Part shown: piece after piece, positions 1-18,000 of the stretch
Layout: every line of letters begins with the position of its first letter
How positions within the stretch are numbered: the stretch's first letter is position 1
NCBI GenBank assembly: GCA_964016885.1
Contig: OZ024745.1
Span: 6,076,001-6,140,000, forward strand
Source of the DNA: Eledone cirrhosa
Taxonomy: Eukaryota
DNA: 64,000 nt
Reading direction: 5' to 3'
Notes under the pieces: generated by a model
The model's input: the letters and a program-made list of their open reading frames with translations, nothing else
What the model was told of the DNA's origin: nothing
The model's database searches: none
Translations under genes and position numbers: made by a program

Positions 1-59
1 AACACAATATACACCTTCCCAGGCCATGTAACACAATATACACCTTCCCAGGCCATGTA

Positions 60-3000
60 ACACAATATACACCTTCCCAGGCCATATAACACAATATACA
101 CCTTCCCAGGCCATGTAACACAATATACACCTTCCCAGGCCATGTAACACAATATACACCTTCCCAGGCCATATAACACAATATACACCTTCCCAGACCA
201 TATAACACAATATACAGCTTCCCAGATCATATAACACAATATACACCTTCCCAGGCCATGTAACACAATATGCACCTTCCCAGGCCATATAACACGATAT
301 ACACCTTCCCAGACCATGTAACACAATATACACCTTCCCAGGCCATATAACACAATACACACCTTCCCAGGCCATATAACACAATATACACCTTCCCAGG
401 CCATATAACACAATACACACCTTCCCAGGCCATGTAACACAATATACACCTTCCCAGGCCATATAACACAATATACACCTTCCCAGACCATATAACACAA
501 TATACACCTTCCCAGACCATATAACACAATATACACCTTCCCAGGCCATATAACACAATATACACCTTCCCAGACCATATAACACAATATACACCTTCCC
601 AGGCCACGTAACACAATATACACCTTCCCAGGCCATGTAACACAATATACACCTTCCCAGGCCATATAACACAATATACACCTTCCCAGGCCATGTAACA
701 CAATATACACCTTCCCAGGCCATGTAACACAATATACACCTTCCCAGGCCATATAACACAATATACACCTTCCCAGGCCATGTAACACAATATACACCTT
801 CCCAGGCCATGTAACACAATATACACCTTCCCAGACCATATAACACAATATACACCATCCCAGACCATATAACACAATATACACCTTCCCAGGACATATA
901 ACACAATATACACCTTCCCAGACCATATAACACAATATACACCTTCCCAGACCATATAACACAATATACAACTTCCCAGGCCATGTAACACAATATACAC
1001 CTTCCCAGGCCATATAACACAATATACACCTTCCCAGGCCATATAACACAATATACACCTTCCCAGGCCATATAACACAATATACACCTTCCCAGGCCAT
1101 GTAACACAATATTCACCTTCCCAGGCCATATAACACAATATACACCTTCCCAGACCATATAACACAATATACACCTTCCCAGATCATATAACACAATATA
1201 CACCTTCCCAGGCCATATAACACAATATACACCTTCCCAGACCATATAACACAATATACACCTTCCCAGGCCACGTAACACAATATACACCTTCCCAGGC
1301 CATGTAACACAATATACACCTTCCCAGGCCATATAACACAATATACACCTTCCCAGACCATATAACACAATATACACCTTCCCAGGCCATATATCATAAT
1401 ATACACCTTCCCAGACCATATAACACAATATACACCTTCCCAGGCCATATAACACAATATACACCTTCCCAGGCCATGTAACACAATATACACCTTCCCA
1501 GGCCATGTAACACAATATACACCTTCCCAGGCCATATAACACAATATACACCTTCCCAGGCCATGTAACACAATATACACCTTCCCAGGCCATGTAACAC
1601 AATATACACCTTCCCAGACCATATAACACAATATACACCATCCCAGACCATATAACACAATATACACCTTCCCAGGACATATAACACAATATACACCTTC
1701 CCAGACCATATAACACAATATACACCTTCCCAGACCATATAACACAATATACAACTTCCCAGGCCATGTAACACAATATACACCTTCCCAGGCCATATAA
1801 CACAATATACACCTTCCCAGGCCATATAACACAATATACACCTTCCCAGGCCATATAACACAATATACACCTTCCCAGGCCATGTAACACAATATACACC
1901 TTCCCAGGCCATATAACACAATATACACCTTCCCAGACCATATAACACAATATACAACTTCCCAGATCATATAACACAATATACACCTTCCCAGGCCATA
2001 TAACACAATATACACCTTCCCAGACCATATAACACAATATACACCTTCCCAGGCCACGTAACACAATATACACCTTCCCAGGCCATGTAACACAATATAC
2101 ACCTTCCCAGGCCATATAACACAATATACACCTTCCCAGACCATATAACACAATATACGGCTTCCCAGGCCATATATCATAATATACACCTTCCCAGACC
2201 ATGTAACACAATATACACCTTCCCAGGCCATATAACACAATATACACCTTCCCAGGCCATATAACACAATATACACCTTCCCAGGCCATATAACACAATA
2301 TACACCTTCCCAGGCCATGTAACACAATATACACCTTCCCAGGCCATATAACACAATATACACCTTCCCAGACCATATAACACAATATACAACTTCCCAG
2401 ATCATATAACACAATATACACCTTCCCAGGCCATATAACACAATATACACCTTCCCAGACCATATAACACAATATACACCTTCCCAGGCCATATAACACA
2501 ATATACACCTTCCCAGACCATATAACACAATATACACCTTCCCAGGCCACGTAACACAATATACACCTTCCCAGGCCATGTAACACAATATACACCTTCC
2601 CAGGCCATATAACACAATATACACCTTCCCAGACCATATAACACAATATACACCTTCCCAGGCCATATATCATAATATACACCTTCCCAGACCATATAAC
2701 ACAATATACACCTTCCCAGGCCATATAACACAATATACACCTTCCCAGGCCATGTAACACAATATACACCTTCCCAGGCCATGTAACACAATATACACCT
2801 TCCCAGGCCATATAACACAATATACACCTTCCCAGGCCATGTAACACAATATACACCTTTCCAGGCCATGTAACACAATATACACCTTCCCAGACCATAT
2901 AACACAATATACACCATCCCAGACCATATAACACAATATACACCTTCCCAGGACATATAACACAATATACACCTTCCCAGACCATATAACACAATATACA

Positions 3001-5640
3001 CCTTCCCAGACCATATAACACAATATACAACTTCCCAGGCCATGTAACACAATATACACCTTCCCAGGCCATATAACACAATATACACCTTCCCAGGCCA
3101 TATAACACAATATACACCTTCCCAGGCCATATAACACAATATACACCTTCCCAGGCCATGTAACACAATATACACCTTCCCAGGCCATATAACACAATAT
3201 ACACCTTCCCAGACCATATAACACAATATACAACTTCCCAGATCATATAACACAATATACACCTTCCCAGGCCATATAACACAATATACACCTTCCCAGA
3301 CCATATAACACAATATACACCTTCCCAGGCCACGTAACACAATATACACCTTCCCAGGCCATGTAACACAATATACACCTTCCCAGGCCATATAACACAA
3401 TATACACCTTCCCAGACCATATAACACAATATACGGCTTCCCAGGCCATATATCATAATATACACCTTCCCAGACCATATAACACAATATACAACTTCCC
3501 AGGCCATATAACACAATATACACCTTCCCAGATCATATAACACAATATACACCTTCCCAGGCCATGTAACAAGATATACACCTTCCCAGGCCATATAACA
3601 CAATATACACCTTCCCAGGCCATATAACACACAATATACACCTTCCCAGGCCATATAACACAATATACACCTTCCCAGGCCATATAACACAATACACACC
3701 TTCCCAGGCCATGTAACACAATATATACCTTCCCAGGCCATATAACACAATATACAACTTCCCAGACCATATAACACAATATACACCTTCCCAGACCATA
3801 TAACACAATATACACCTTCCCAGGCCATATAACACAATATACACCTTCCCAGACCATATAACACAATATACACCTTCCCAGGCCACGTAATACAATATAC
3901 ACCTTCCCAGGCCATGTAACACAATATACACCTTCCCAGGCCATATAACACAATATACACCTTCCCAGGCCATGTAACACAATATACACCTTCCCAGGCC
4001 ATGTAACACAATATACACCTTCCCAGGCCATATAACACAATATACACCTTCCCAGGCCATGTAACACAATATACACCTTCCCAGGCCATGTAACACAATA
4101 TACACCTTCCCAGGCCATATAACACAATATACACCTTCCCAGACCATATAACACAATATACAGCTTCCCAGATCATATAACACAATATACACCTTCCCAG
4201 GCCATGTAACACAATATGCACCTTCCCAGGCCATATAACACGATATACACCTTCCCAGACCATGTAACACAATATACACCTTCCCAGGCCATATAACACA
4301 ATACACACCTTCCCAGGCCATATAACACAATATACACCTTCCCAGGCCATATAACACAATACACACCTTCCCAGGCCATGTAACACAATATACACCTTCC
4401 CAGGCCATATAACACAATATACACCTTCCCAGACCATATAACACAATATACACCTTCCCAGACCATATAACACAATATACACCTTCCCAGGCCATATAAC
4501 ACAATATACACCTTCCCAGACCATATAACACAATATACACCTTCCCAGGCCACGTAACACAATATACACCTTCCCAGGCCATGTAACACAATATACACCT
4601 TCCCAGGCCATATAACACAATATACACCTTCCCAGGCCATGTAACACAATATACACCTTCCCAGGCCATGTAACACAATATACACCTTCCCAGGCCATAT
4701 AACACAATATACACCTTCCCAGGCCATGTAACACAATATACACCTTCCCAGGCCATGTAACACAATATACACCTTCCCAGACCATATAACACAATATACA
4801 CCATCCCAGACCATATAACACAATATACACCTTCCCAGGACATATAACACAATATACACCTTCCCAGACCATATAACACAATATACACCTTCCCAGACCA
4901 TATAACACAATATACAACTTCCCAGGCCATGTAACACAATATACACCTTCCCAGGCCATATAACACAATATACACCTTCCCAGGCCATATAACACAATAT
5001 ACACCTTCCCAGGCCATATAACACAATATACACCTTCCCAGGCCATGTAACACAATATTCACCTTCCCAGGCCATATAACACAATATACACCTTCCCAGA
5101 CCATATAACACAATATACACCTTCCCAGACCATATAACACAATATACAACTTCCCAGGCCATGTAACACAATATACACCTTCCCAGGCCATATAACACAA
5201 TATACACCTTCCCAGGCCATATAACACAATATACACCTTCCCAGGCCATATAACACAATATACACCTTCCCAGGCCATGTAACACAATATTCACCTTCCC
5301 AGGCCATATAACACAATATACACCTTCCCAGACCATATAACACAATATACACCTTCCCAGATCATATAACACAATATACACCTTCCCAGGCCATATAACA
5401 CAATATACACCTTCCCAGACCATATAACACAATATACACCTTCCCAGGCCACGTAACACAATATACACCTTCCCAGGCCATGTAACACAATATACACCTT
5501 CCCAGGCCATATAACACAATATACACCTTCCCAGACCATATAACACAATATACACCTTCCCAGGCCATATATCATAATATACACCTTCCCAGACCATATA
5601 ACACAATATACACCTTCCCAGGCCATATAACACAATATAC
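60..5640. repeat. Dispersed block duplication: ~60-1170 recurs at ~4000-5120 (offset 3946), followed by an 8-unit (232 bp) tandem duplication at ~4890-5350
   Basis: AATATGCACC at ~267 and ~4213. AATATTCACC at ~1108, ~5054 and ~5286. 3946 = 136x29+2 (one +2 unit at ~3630). 232 = 8x29. Confidence 0.85.
1200..3480. repeat. Higher-order duplication, offset 1276 bp (44 units), with a related partial copy at offset 783 bp (27 units)
   Basis: Same-length ORF pairs 1394..1957 / 2670..3233 and 1967..2173 / 3243..3449. The rare TACGGCTT variant is at ~2156 and ~3432. 1276 = 44x29. Boundaries approximate. Confidence 0.85.
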
Positions 5641-7299
5641 ACCTTCCCAGATCATATAACACACAATATACACCTTCCCAGGCCATATAACACAATATAC
5701 ACCTTCCCAGACCATATAACACAATATACACCTTCCCAGGCCACGTAACACAATATACACCTTCCCAGGCCATGTAACACAATATACACCTTCCCAGGCC
5801 ATATAACACAATATACAACTTCCCAGACCATATAACACAATATACACCTTCCCAGACCATATAACACAATATACACCTTCCCAGGCCATATAACACAATA
5901 TACACCTTCCCAGACCATATAACACAATATACACCTTCCCAGGCCACGTAATACAATATACACCTTCCCAGGCCATGTAACACAATATACACCTTCCCAG
6001 GCCATATAACACAATATACACCTTCCCAGGCCATGTAACACAATATACACCTTCCCAGGCCATGTAACACAATATACACCTTCCCAGGCCATATAACACA
6101 ATATACACCTTCCCAGGCCATGTAACACAATATACACCTTCCCAGGCCATGTAACACAATATACACCTTCCCAGGCCATATAACACAATATACACCTTCC
6201 CAGGCCATGTAACACAATATACACCTTCCCAGGCCATGTAACACAATATACACCTTCCCAGGCCATATAACACAATATACACCTTCCCAGGCCATGTAAC
6301 ACAATATACACCTTCCCAGGCCATATAACACAATATACACCTTCCCAGGCCATGTAACACAATATACACCTTCCCAGGCCATGTAACACAATATACACTT
6401 TCCCAGGCCATATAACACAATATACACCTTCCCAGACCATATAACACAATATACACCTTCCCAGGCCATGTAACACAATATACACCTTCCCAGGCCATAT
6501 AACACAATATACACCTTCCCAGGCCATGTAACACAATATACCCCTTCCCAGACCATATAACACAATATACACCTTCCCAGGCCAGGTAACACAATATACA
6601 CCTTCCCAGGCCATATAACACAATATACACCTTCCCAGGCCATATAACACAATATACACCTTCCCAGGCCATATAACACAATATACACCTTCCCAGGCCA
6701 TGTAACACAATATACACCTTCCCAGGCCATATAACACAATATACACCTTCCCAGACCATATAACACAATATACACCTTCCCAGGCCATGTAACACAATAT
6801 ACACCTTCCCAGGCCATATAACACAATATACAACTTCCCAGGCCATGTAACACAATATACACCTTCCCAGACCATATAACACAATATACACCATCCCAGG
6901 CCATATAACACAATACACACCTTCCCAGGCCATGTAACACAATATACACCTTCCCAGGCCATGTAACACAATATACACCTTCCCAGGCCATATAACACAA
7001 TATACACCTTCGCAGACCATATAACACAATATACAGCTTCCCAGGCAATGTAACACAATATACACCTTCCCAGACCATATAACACAATATACACCTTCCC
7101 AGACCATATAACACAATATACACCTTCCCAGGACATATAACACAATATACAGCTTCCCAGACCATATAACACAAAATACACCTTCCCAGATCATATAACA
7201 CAATATACACCTTCCCAGGCCATATAACAAAATATAGACCTTCCCAGACCATATAACACAATATACACCATCCCAGGCCATGTAACACAATATACACCT

Positions 7300-9620
7300 T
7301 CCCAGGCCATATAACACAATATACACCTTCCCAGACCATATAACACAATATACACCTTCCCAGACCATATAACACAATATACACCTTCCCAGGCCATATA
7401 TCATAATATACACCTTCCCAGACCATATAACACAATATACACCTTCCCAGGCCATATAAACAATATACACCTTCCCAGATCATATAACACAATATACACC
7501 TTCCCAGGCCATGTAACACGATATAAACCTTCCCAGGCCATATAACACAATATACACCTTCCCAGGCCATATAACACACAATATACACCTTCCCAGGCCA
7601 TATAACACAATATAGACCTTCCCAGACCATATAACACAATATACACCTTCCGAGGCCATATAACACAATATACACCTTCCCAGACCATATAACACAATAT
7701 ACACCTTCCCAGACCATATAACACAATATAGACCTTCCCAGACCATATAACACAATATATACCTTCCCAGGCCATATAACACAATATACAACTTCCCAGA
7801 CCATATAACACAATATACACCTTCCCAGGCCATATAACACAATATACACCTTCCCAGACCATATAACACAATATACACCTTCCCAGACCATATAACACAA
7901 TATAGACCTTCCCAGACCATATAACACAATATACACCTTCCCAGACCATATAACACAATATACAACTTCCCAGGCCATGTAACACAATATACACCTTCCC
8001 AGGCCATGTAACACAATATACACTTTCCCAGGCCATATAACACAATATACACCTTCCCAGACCATATAACACAATATACACCTTCCCAGGCCATGTAACA
8101 CAATATACACCTTCCCAGGCCATATAACACAATATACACCTTCCCAGGCCATGTAACACAATATACCCCTTCCCAGACCATATAACACAATATACACCTT
8201 CCCAGGCCATGTAACACAATATACACCTTCCCAGGCCATATAACACAATATACACCTTCCCAGGCCATATAACACAATATACACCTTCCCAGGCCATATA
8301 ACACAATATACACCTTCCCAGGCCATGTAACACAATATACACCTTCCCAGGCCATATAACACAATATACACCTTCCCAGACCATATAACACAATATACAC
8401 CTTCCCAGGCCATGTAACACAATATACACCTTCCCAGGCCATATAACACAATATACAACTTCCCAGGCCATGTAACACAATATACACCTTCCCAGACCAT
8501 ATAACACAATATACACCTTCCCAGGTCATATAACACAATACACACCTTCCCAGGCCATGTAACACAATATACACCTTCCCAGGCCATGTAACACAATATA
8601 CACCTTCCCAGGCCATATAACACAATATACACCTTCCCAGGCCATGTAACACAATATACACCTTCCCAGGCCATATAACACAATATACACCTTCCCAGGC
8701 CATGTAACACAATATACACCTTCCTAGGCCATATAACACAATATACACCTTCCCAGGCCATGTAACACAATATACACCTTCCCAGGCCATGTAACACAAT
8801 ATACACCTTCCCAGACCATATAACACAATACACACCTTCCCAGGCCATGTAACACAATATACACCTTCCTAGGCCATATAACACAATATACACCTTCCCA
8901 GGCCATATAACACAATATACACCTTCCCAGGCCATGTAACTCAATATACACCTTACCAGACCATATAACACAATATACACCTTCGCAGACCATATAACAC
9001 AATATACAGCTGCCCAGGCAATGTAACACAATATACACCTTCCCAGGCCATATAACACAATATACACCTTCCCAGGCCATGTAACACAATATACACCTTC
9101 CCAGACCATATAACACAATATACACCTTCCCAGACCATATAACACAATATACACCTTCCCAGGACATATAACACAATATACACCTTCCCAGACCATATAA
9201 CACAATATACAACTTCCCAGACCATATAACACAAAATACACCTTCCCAGACCATATAACACAATATACACCTTCCCAGGCCATATAACACAATATACACC
9301 TTCCCTGACCATATAACACAATATACACCTTCCCAGGCCATATATCATAATATACACCTTCCCAGACCATATAACACAATATACACCTTCCCAGGCCATA
9401 TAACACAATATACACCTTCCCAGATCATATAACACAATATACACCTTCCCAGGCCATGTAACACGATATACACCTTCCCAGGCCATATAACACAATATAC
9501 ACCTTCCCAGGCCATATAACACACAATATACACCTTCCCAGACCATATAACACAATATACACCTTCCCAGACCATATAACACAATATAGACCTTCCCAGA
9601 CCATATAACACAATATACAC
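7300..9620. repeat. Third, slightly more diverged copy of part of the 5343-bp block (offset 10831 to the ~18.1-20.4 kb copy)
   Basis: ORFs 7401..8516 / 18232..19347 and 8724..9341 / 19555..20172. Rare CCGAGG variant at ~7650, ~18481 and ~23824. Confidence 0.85.
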
Positions 9621-12600
9621 CTTCCCAGGCCATATAACACAATATACACCTTCCCAGGCCATGTAACACAATATACAACTTCCCAGGCCATGTAACACAA
9701 TATACACCTTCCCAGGCCATGTAACACAATATACACCTTCCCAGGCCATATAACACAATATACACCTTCCCAGGCCATATAACACAATATACACCTTCCC
9801 AGGCCATATAACACAATATACACCTTCCCAGGCCATATAACTCAATATACACCTTCCCAGGCCATATAACACAATATACAGCTTCCCAGGCCATGTAACA
9901 CAATATACACCTTCCCAGGCCACATAACACAATATACACCTTCCCAGGCCATATAACACAATATACACCTTCCCAGGCCATGTAACACAATATACACCTT
10001 CCCAGACCATATAACACAATATACACCTTCCCAGGCCATATAACACAATATACACCTTCCCAGGCCATATAACACAATATACACCTTCCCAGCCCATGTA
10101 ACACAATATACACCTTCCCAGAGCATATAACACAATATACATCTTCCCAGGCCATATAACACAATATACACCTTCCCAGGCCATATAACACAATATACAC
10201 CTTCCCAGACCATATAACACAATATACACCTTCCCAGGCCATGTAACACAATATACACCTTCCCAGGCCATATAACACAATATACAACTTCCCAGGCCAT
10301 GTAACACACAATATACACCTTCCCAGGCCATGTAACACAATATACACCTTACCAGACCATATAACACAATATACACCTTCGCAGACCATATAACACAATA
10401 TACGGCTTCCCAGGCAATGTAACACAATATACACCTTCCCAGGCCATATAACACAATATACAGCTTCCCAGGCAATGTAACACAATATACACCTTCCCAG
10501 GCCATGTAACACAATATACACCTTACCAGACCATATAACACAATATACACCTTCGCAGACCATATAACACAATATACAGCTTCCCAGGCAATGTAACACA
10601 ATATACACCTTCCCAGACCATATAACACAATATACACCTTCCCAGACCATATAACACAATATACACCTTCCCAGGACATATAACACAATATACACCTTCC
10701 CAGACCATATAACACAAAATACACCTTCCCAGATCATATAACACAATATACACCTTCCCAGGCCATATAACAAAATATAGACCTTCCCAGACCATATAAC
10801 ACAATATACACCTTGCCAGGCCATGTAACACAATATACACCTTCCCAGGCCATATAACACAATATACACCTTCCCAGACCATATAACACAATATACACCT
10901 TCCCAGGCCATATATCATAATATACACCTTCCCAGGCCATGTAACACAATATACACCTTCCCAGGCCATGTAACACAATATACACCTTCCCAGGCCATAT
11001 AACACAATATACACCTTCCCAGGCCATGTAACACAATATACACCTTCCCAGGCCATGTAACACAATATACACCTTCCCAGGCCATATAACACAATATACA
11101 CCTTCCCAGGCCATGTAACACAATATACACCTTCCCAGGCCATGTAACACAATATACACCTTCCCAGGCCATATAACACAATATACACCTTCCCAGGCCA
11201 TGTAACACAATATACACCTTCCCAGGCCATATAACACAATATACACCTTCCCAGGCCATGTAACACAATATACACCTTACCAGGCCATGTAACACAATAT
11301 ACACTTTCCCAGGCCATATAACACAATATACACCTTCCAAGACCATATAACACAATATACACCTTCCCAGGCCATGTAACACAATATACACCTTCCCAGG
11401 CCATATAACACAATATACACCTTCCCAGGCCATGTAACACAATATACCCCTTCCCAGACCATATAACACAATATACACCTTCCCAGGCCAGGTAACACAA
11501 TATACACCTTCCCAGGCCATATAACACAATATACACCTTCCCAGGCCATATAACACAATATACACCTTCCCAGGCCATATAACACAATATACACCTTCCC
11601 AGGCCATGTAACACAATATACACCTTCCCAGGCCATATAACACAATATACACCTTCCCAGACCATATAACACAATATACACCTTCCCAGGCCATGTAACA
11701 CAATATACACCTTCCCAGGCCATATAACACAATATACAACTTCCCAGGCCATGTAACACAATATACACCTTCCCAGACCATATAACACAATATACACCTT
11801 CCCAGGCCATATAACACAATACACACCTTCCCAGGCCATGTAACACAATATACACCTACCCAGGCCATGTAACACAATATACACCTTCCCAGGCCATATA
11901 ACACAATATACACCTTCCCAGGCCATGTAACACAATATACACCTTCCCAGGCCATATAATAAAATATACACCTTCCCAGGCCATGTAACACAATATACAC
12001 CTTCCTAGGCCATATAACACAATATACACCTTCCCAGGCCATGTAACACAATATACACCTACCCAGGCCATATAACACAATATACACCTTCCCAGACCAT
12101 ATAACACAATACACACCTTCCCAGGCCATGTAACACAATATACACCTTCCCAGGCCATATAACACAATATACACCTTCCCAGGCCATATAACACAATATA
12201 CACCTTCCCAGGCCATATAACACAATACACAGCTGCCCAGGCAATGTAACACAATATACACCTTCCCAGGCCATATAACACAATATACACCTTCCCAGGC
12301 CATGTAACACAATATACACCTTCCCAGACCATATAACACAATATACACCTTCCCAGACCATATAACACAATATACACCTTCCCAGGACATATAACACAAT
12401 ATACACCTTCCCAGACCATATAACACAATATACAACTTCCCAGACCATATAACACAAAATACACCTTCCCAGACCATATAACACAATATACACCTTCCCA
12501 CGCCATATAACACAATATACACCTTCCCTGACCATATAACACAATATACACCTTCCCAGGCCATATATCATAATATACACCTTGCCAGACCATATAACAC

Positions 12601-13179
12601 AATATACACCTTCCCAGGCCATATAACACAATATACACCTTCCCAGATCATATAACACAATATACACCTTCCCAGGCCATGTAACACAATATACACCTTC
12701 CCAGGCCATATAACACACAATATACACCTTCCCAGACCATATAACACAATATACACCTTCCCAGACCATATAACACAATATACACCTTCCCAGACCATAT
12801 AACACAATATACACCTTCCCAGGCCATATAACACAATATACACCTTCGCAGGCCATGTAACGCAATATACACCTTCCCAGACCATATAACACAATATACA
12901 ACTTCCCAGGCCATGTAACACAATATACACCTTCCCAGGCCATATAACACAATATACACCTCCCCAGGCCATATAACACAATATACACCTTCCCAGGCCA
13001 TATAACACAATATACACCTTCCCAGGCCATGTAACACAATATACACCTTCCCAGGCCATATAACACAATATACACCTTCCCAGGCCATATAACACAATAT
13101 ACACCTTCAGAGGCCATGTAAAACAATATACACCTTCCCAGACCATATAACACAATATACACCTTCCCAGGCCATGTAA

Positions 13180-14700
13180 CACAATATACACCTTCCCAGG
13201 CCATATAACACAATATACACCTTCCCAGGCCATATAACACAATATACACCTTCCCAGCCCATGTAACACAATATACACCTTCCCAGAGCATATAACACAA
13301 TATACATCTTCCCAGGCCATATAACACAATATACACCTTCCCAGGCCATATAACACAATATACACCTTCCCAGGCCATGTAACACACAATATACACCTTC
13401 CCAGGCCATGTAACACAATATACACCTTACCAGACCATATAACACAATATACACCTTCGCAGACCATATAACACAATATACGGCTTCCCAGGCAATGTAA
13501 CACAATATACACCTTCCCAGGCCATATAACACAATATACAGCTTCCCAGGCAATGTAACACAATATACACCTTCCCAGGCCATGTAACACAATATACACC
13601 TTACCAGACCATATAACACAATATACACCTTCGCAGACCATATAACACAATATACAGCTTCCCAGGCAATGTAACACAATATACACCTTCCCAGACCATA
13701 TAACACAATATACACCTTCCCAGACCATATAACACAATATACACCTTCCCAGGACATATAACACAATATACACCTTCCCAGACCATATAACACAATATAC
13801 ACCTTCCCAGGCCATGTAACACAATATACACCTTCCCAGGCCATATAACACAATATACACCTTCCCAGACCATATAACACAATATACACCTTCCCAGACC
13901 ATATAACACAATATACACCTTCCCAGGCCATATATCATAATATACACCTTCCCAGACCATATAACACAATATACACCTTCCCAGGCCATATAAACAATAT
14001 ACACCTTCCCAGATCATATAACACAATATACACCTTCCCAGGCCATGTAACACGATATAAACCTTCCCAGGCCATATAACACAATATACACCTTCCCAGG
14101 CCATATAACACAATATACACCTTCCCAGGCCATATAACACAATATACACCTTCCCAGCCCATGTAACACAATATACACCTTCCCAGAGCATATAACACAA
14201 TATACATCTTCCCAGGCCATATAACACAATATACACCTTCCCAGGCCATATAACACAATATACACCTTCCCAGGCCATGTAACACACAATATACACCTTC
14301 CCAGGCCATGTAACACAATATACACCTTACCAGACCATATAACACAATATACACCTTCGCAGACCATATAACACAATATACGGCTTCCCAGGCAATGTAA
14401 CACAATATACACCTTCCCAGGCCATATAACACAATATACAGCTTCCCAGGCAATGTAACACAATATACACCTTCCCAGGCCATGTAACACAATATACACC
14501 TTACCAGACCATATAACACAATATACACCTTCGCAGACCATATAACACAATATACAGCTTCCCAGGCAATGTAACACAATATACACCTTCCCAGACCATA
14601 TAACACAATATACACCTTCCCAGACCATATAACACAATATACACCTTCCCAGGACATATAACACAATATACACCTTCCCAGACCATATAACACAAAATAC
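13180..14700. repeat. Near-tandem duplication, offset 900 bp (31 units +2 -1)
   Basis: CCCAGCCCATG / CCCAGAGCAT / TACATCTT trio at ~13253-13310 and ~14153-14210. ORF lower ends at 13601 and 14501. Confidence 0.85.
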
Positions 14701-15029
14701 ACCTTCCCAGATCATATAACACAATATACACCTTCCCAGGCCATATAACAAAATATAGACCTTCCCAGACCATATAACACAATATACACCTTCCCAGGCC
14801 ATGTAACACAATATACACCTTCCCAGGCCATATAAGACAATATACACCTTCCCAGACCATATAACACAATATACACCTTCCCAGGCCATATATCATAATA
14901 TACACCTTCCTAGGCCATGTAACACAATATACACCTTCCCAGGCCATGTAACACAATATACACCTTCCCAGGCCATATAACACAATATACACCTTCCCAG
15001 GCCATGTAACACAATATACACCTTCCCAG

Positions 15030-18000
15030 GCCATGTAACACAATATACACCTTCCCAGGCCATATAACACAATATACACCTTCCCAGGCCATGTAACACA
15101 ATATACACCTTCCCAGGCCATGTAACACAATATACACCTTCCCAGGCCATATAACACAATATACACCTTCCCAGGCCATGTAACACAATATACACCTTCC
15201 CAGGCCATATAACACAATATACACCTTCCCAGGCCATGTAACACAATATACACCTTCCCAGGCCATGTAACACAATATACACTTTCCTAGGCCATATAAC
15301 ACAATATACACCTTCCAAGACCATATAACACAATATACACCTTCCCAGGCCATGTAACACAATATACACCTTCCCAGGCCATATAACACAATATACACCT
15401 TCCCAGGCCATGTAACACAATATACCCCTTCCCAGACCATATAACACAATATACACCTTCCCAGGCCAGGTAACACAATATACACCTTCCCAGGCCATAT
15501 AACACAATATACACCTTCCCAGGCCATATAACACAATATACACCTTCCCAGGCCATATAACACAATATACACCTTCCCAGGCCATGTAACACAATATACA
15601 CCTTCCCAGGCCATATAACACAATATACACCTTCCCAGACCATATAACACAATATACACCTTCCCAGGCCATGTAACACAATATACACCTTCCCAGGCCA
15701 TATAACACAATATACAACTTCCCAGGCCATATAACACAATATACACCTTCCCAGACCATATAACACAATATACACCTTCCCAGGCCATATAACACAATAC
15801 ACACCTTCCCAGGCCATGTAACACAATATACACCTTCCCAGGCCATGTAACACAATATACACCTTCCCAGGCCATATAACACAATATACACCTTCCCAGG
15901 CCATGTAACACAATATACACCTTCCCAGGCCATATAACAAAATATACACCTTCCCAGGCCATGTAACACAATATACACCTTCCTAGGCCATATAACACAA
16001 TATACACCTTCCCAGGACATATAACACAATATACACCTTCCCAGACCATATAACACAATATACAACTTCCCAGACCATATAACACAAAATACACCTTCCC
16101 AGACCATATAACACAATATACACCTTCCCACGCCATATAACACAATATACACCTTCCCAGACCATATAACACAATACACACCTTCCCAGGCCATGTAACA
16201 CAATATACACCTTCCCAGGCCATATAACACAATATACACCTTCCCAGGCCATATAACACAATATACACCTTCCCAGGCCATGTAACTCAATATACACCTT
16301 ACCAGACCATATAACACAATATACACCTTCGCAGACCATATAACACAATACACAGCTGCCCAGGCAATGTAACACAATATACACCTTCCCAGGCCATATA
16401 ACACAATATACACCTTCCCAGGCCATGTAACACAATATACACCTTCCCAGACCATATAACACAATATACACCTTCCCAGACCATATAACACAATATACAC
16501 CTTCCCAGGACATATAACACAATATACACCTTCCCAGACCATATAACACAATATACAACTTCCCAGACCATATAACACAAAATACACCTTCCCAGACCAT
16601 ATAACACAATATACACCTTCCCAGGCCATATAACACAATATACACCTTCCCTGACCATATAACACAATATACACCTTCCCAGGCCATATATCATAATATA
16701 CACCTTGCCAGACCATATAACACAATATACACCTTCCCAGGCCATATAACACAATATACACCTTCCCAGATCATATAACACAATATACACCTTCCCAGGC
16801 CATGTAACACGATATACACCTTCCCAGGCCATATAACACAATATACACCTTCCCAGGCCATATAACACACAATATACACCTTCCCAGACCATATAACACA
16901 ATATACACCTTCCCAGACCATATAACACAATATAGACCTTCCCAGACCATATAACACAATATACACCTTCCCAGGCCATATAACACAATATACACCTTCC
17001 CAGGCCATGTAACGCAATATACACCTTCCCAGACCATATAACACAATATACAACTTCCCAGGCCATGTAACACAATATACACCTTCCCAGGCCATATAAC
17101 ACAATATACACCTTCCCAGGCCATATAACACAATATACACCTTCCCAGGCCATATAACACAATATACACCTTCCCAGGCCATATAACTCAATATACACCT
17201 TCCCAGGCCATATAACACAATATACACCTTCCCAGGCCATGTAACACAATATACACCTTCCCAGGCCACATAACACAATATACACCTTCCCAGGCCATAT
17301 AACACAATATACACCTTCCCAGGCCATGTAACACAATATACACCTTCCCAGACCATATAACACAATATACACCTTCCCAGGCCATGTAACACAATATACA
17401 CCTTCCCAGGCCATATAACACAATATACACCTTCCCAGGCCATATAACACAATATACACCTTCCCAGCCCATGTAACACAATATACACCTTCCCAGAGCA
17501 TATAACACAATATACATCTTCCCAGGCCATATAACACAATATACACCTTCCCAGGCCATATAACACAATATACACCTTCCCAGGCCATGTAACACACAAT
17601 ATACACCTTCCCAGGCCATGTAACACAATATACACCTTACCAGACCATATAACACAATATACACCTTCGCAGACCATATAACACAATATACGGCTTCCCA
17701 GGCAATGTAACACAATATACACCTTCCCAGGCCATATAACACAATATACAGCTTCCCAGGCAATGTAACACAATATACACCTTCCCAGGCCATGTAACAC
17801 AATATACACCTTACCAGACCATATAACACAATATACACCTTCGCAGACCATATAACACAATATACAGCTTCCCAGGCAATGTAACACAATATACACCTTC
17901 CCAGACCATATAACACAATATACACCTTCCCAGACCATATAACACAATATACACCTTCCCAGGACATATAACACAATATACACCTTCCCAGACCATATAA

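Noticed and set aside
14-23. Hairpin CCT-TCCC-AGG or G-quadruplex on the minus strand
   Set aside because: The stem is only 3 bp. There is a single GGG plus two GG runs per unit with long loops, so there is no canonical G4 pattern.
14-25. Transcription-factor or methylase motifs in the unit (TTCCCAG STAT-like, TGGGAA CSL/Ikaros core, CCWGG Dcm site)
   Set aside because: These are short partial matches expected by chance. The full STAT palindrome TTCNNNGAA and the CSL GTGGGAA are not present, and the host is unknown.
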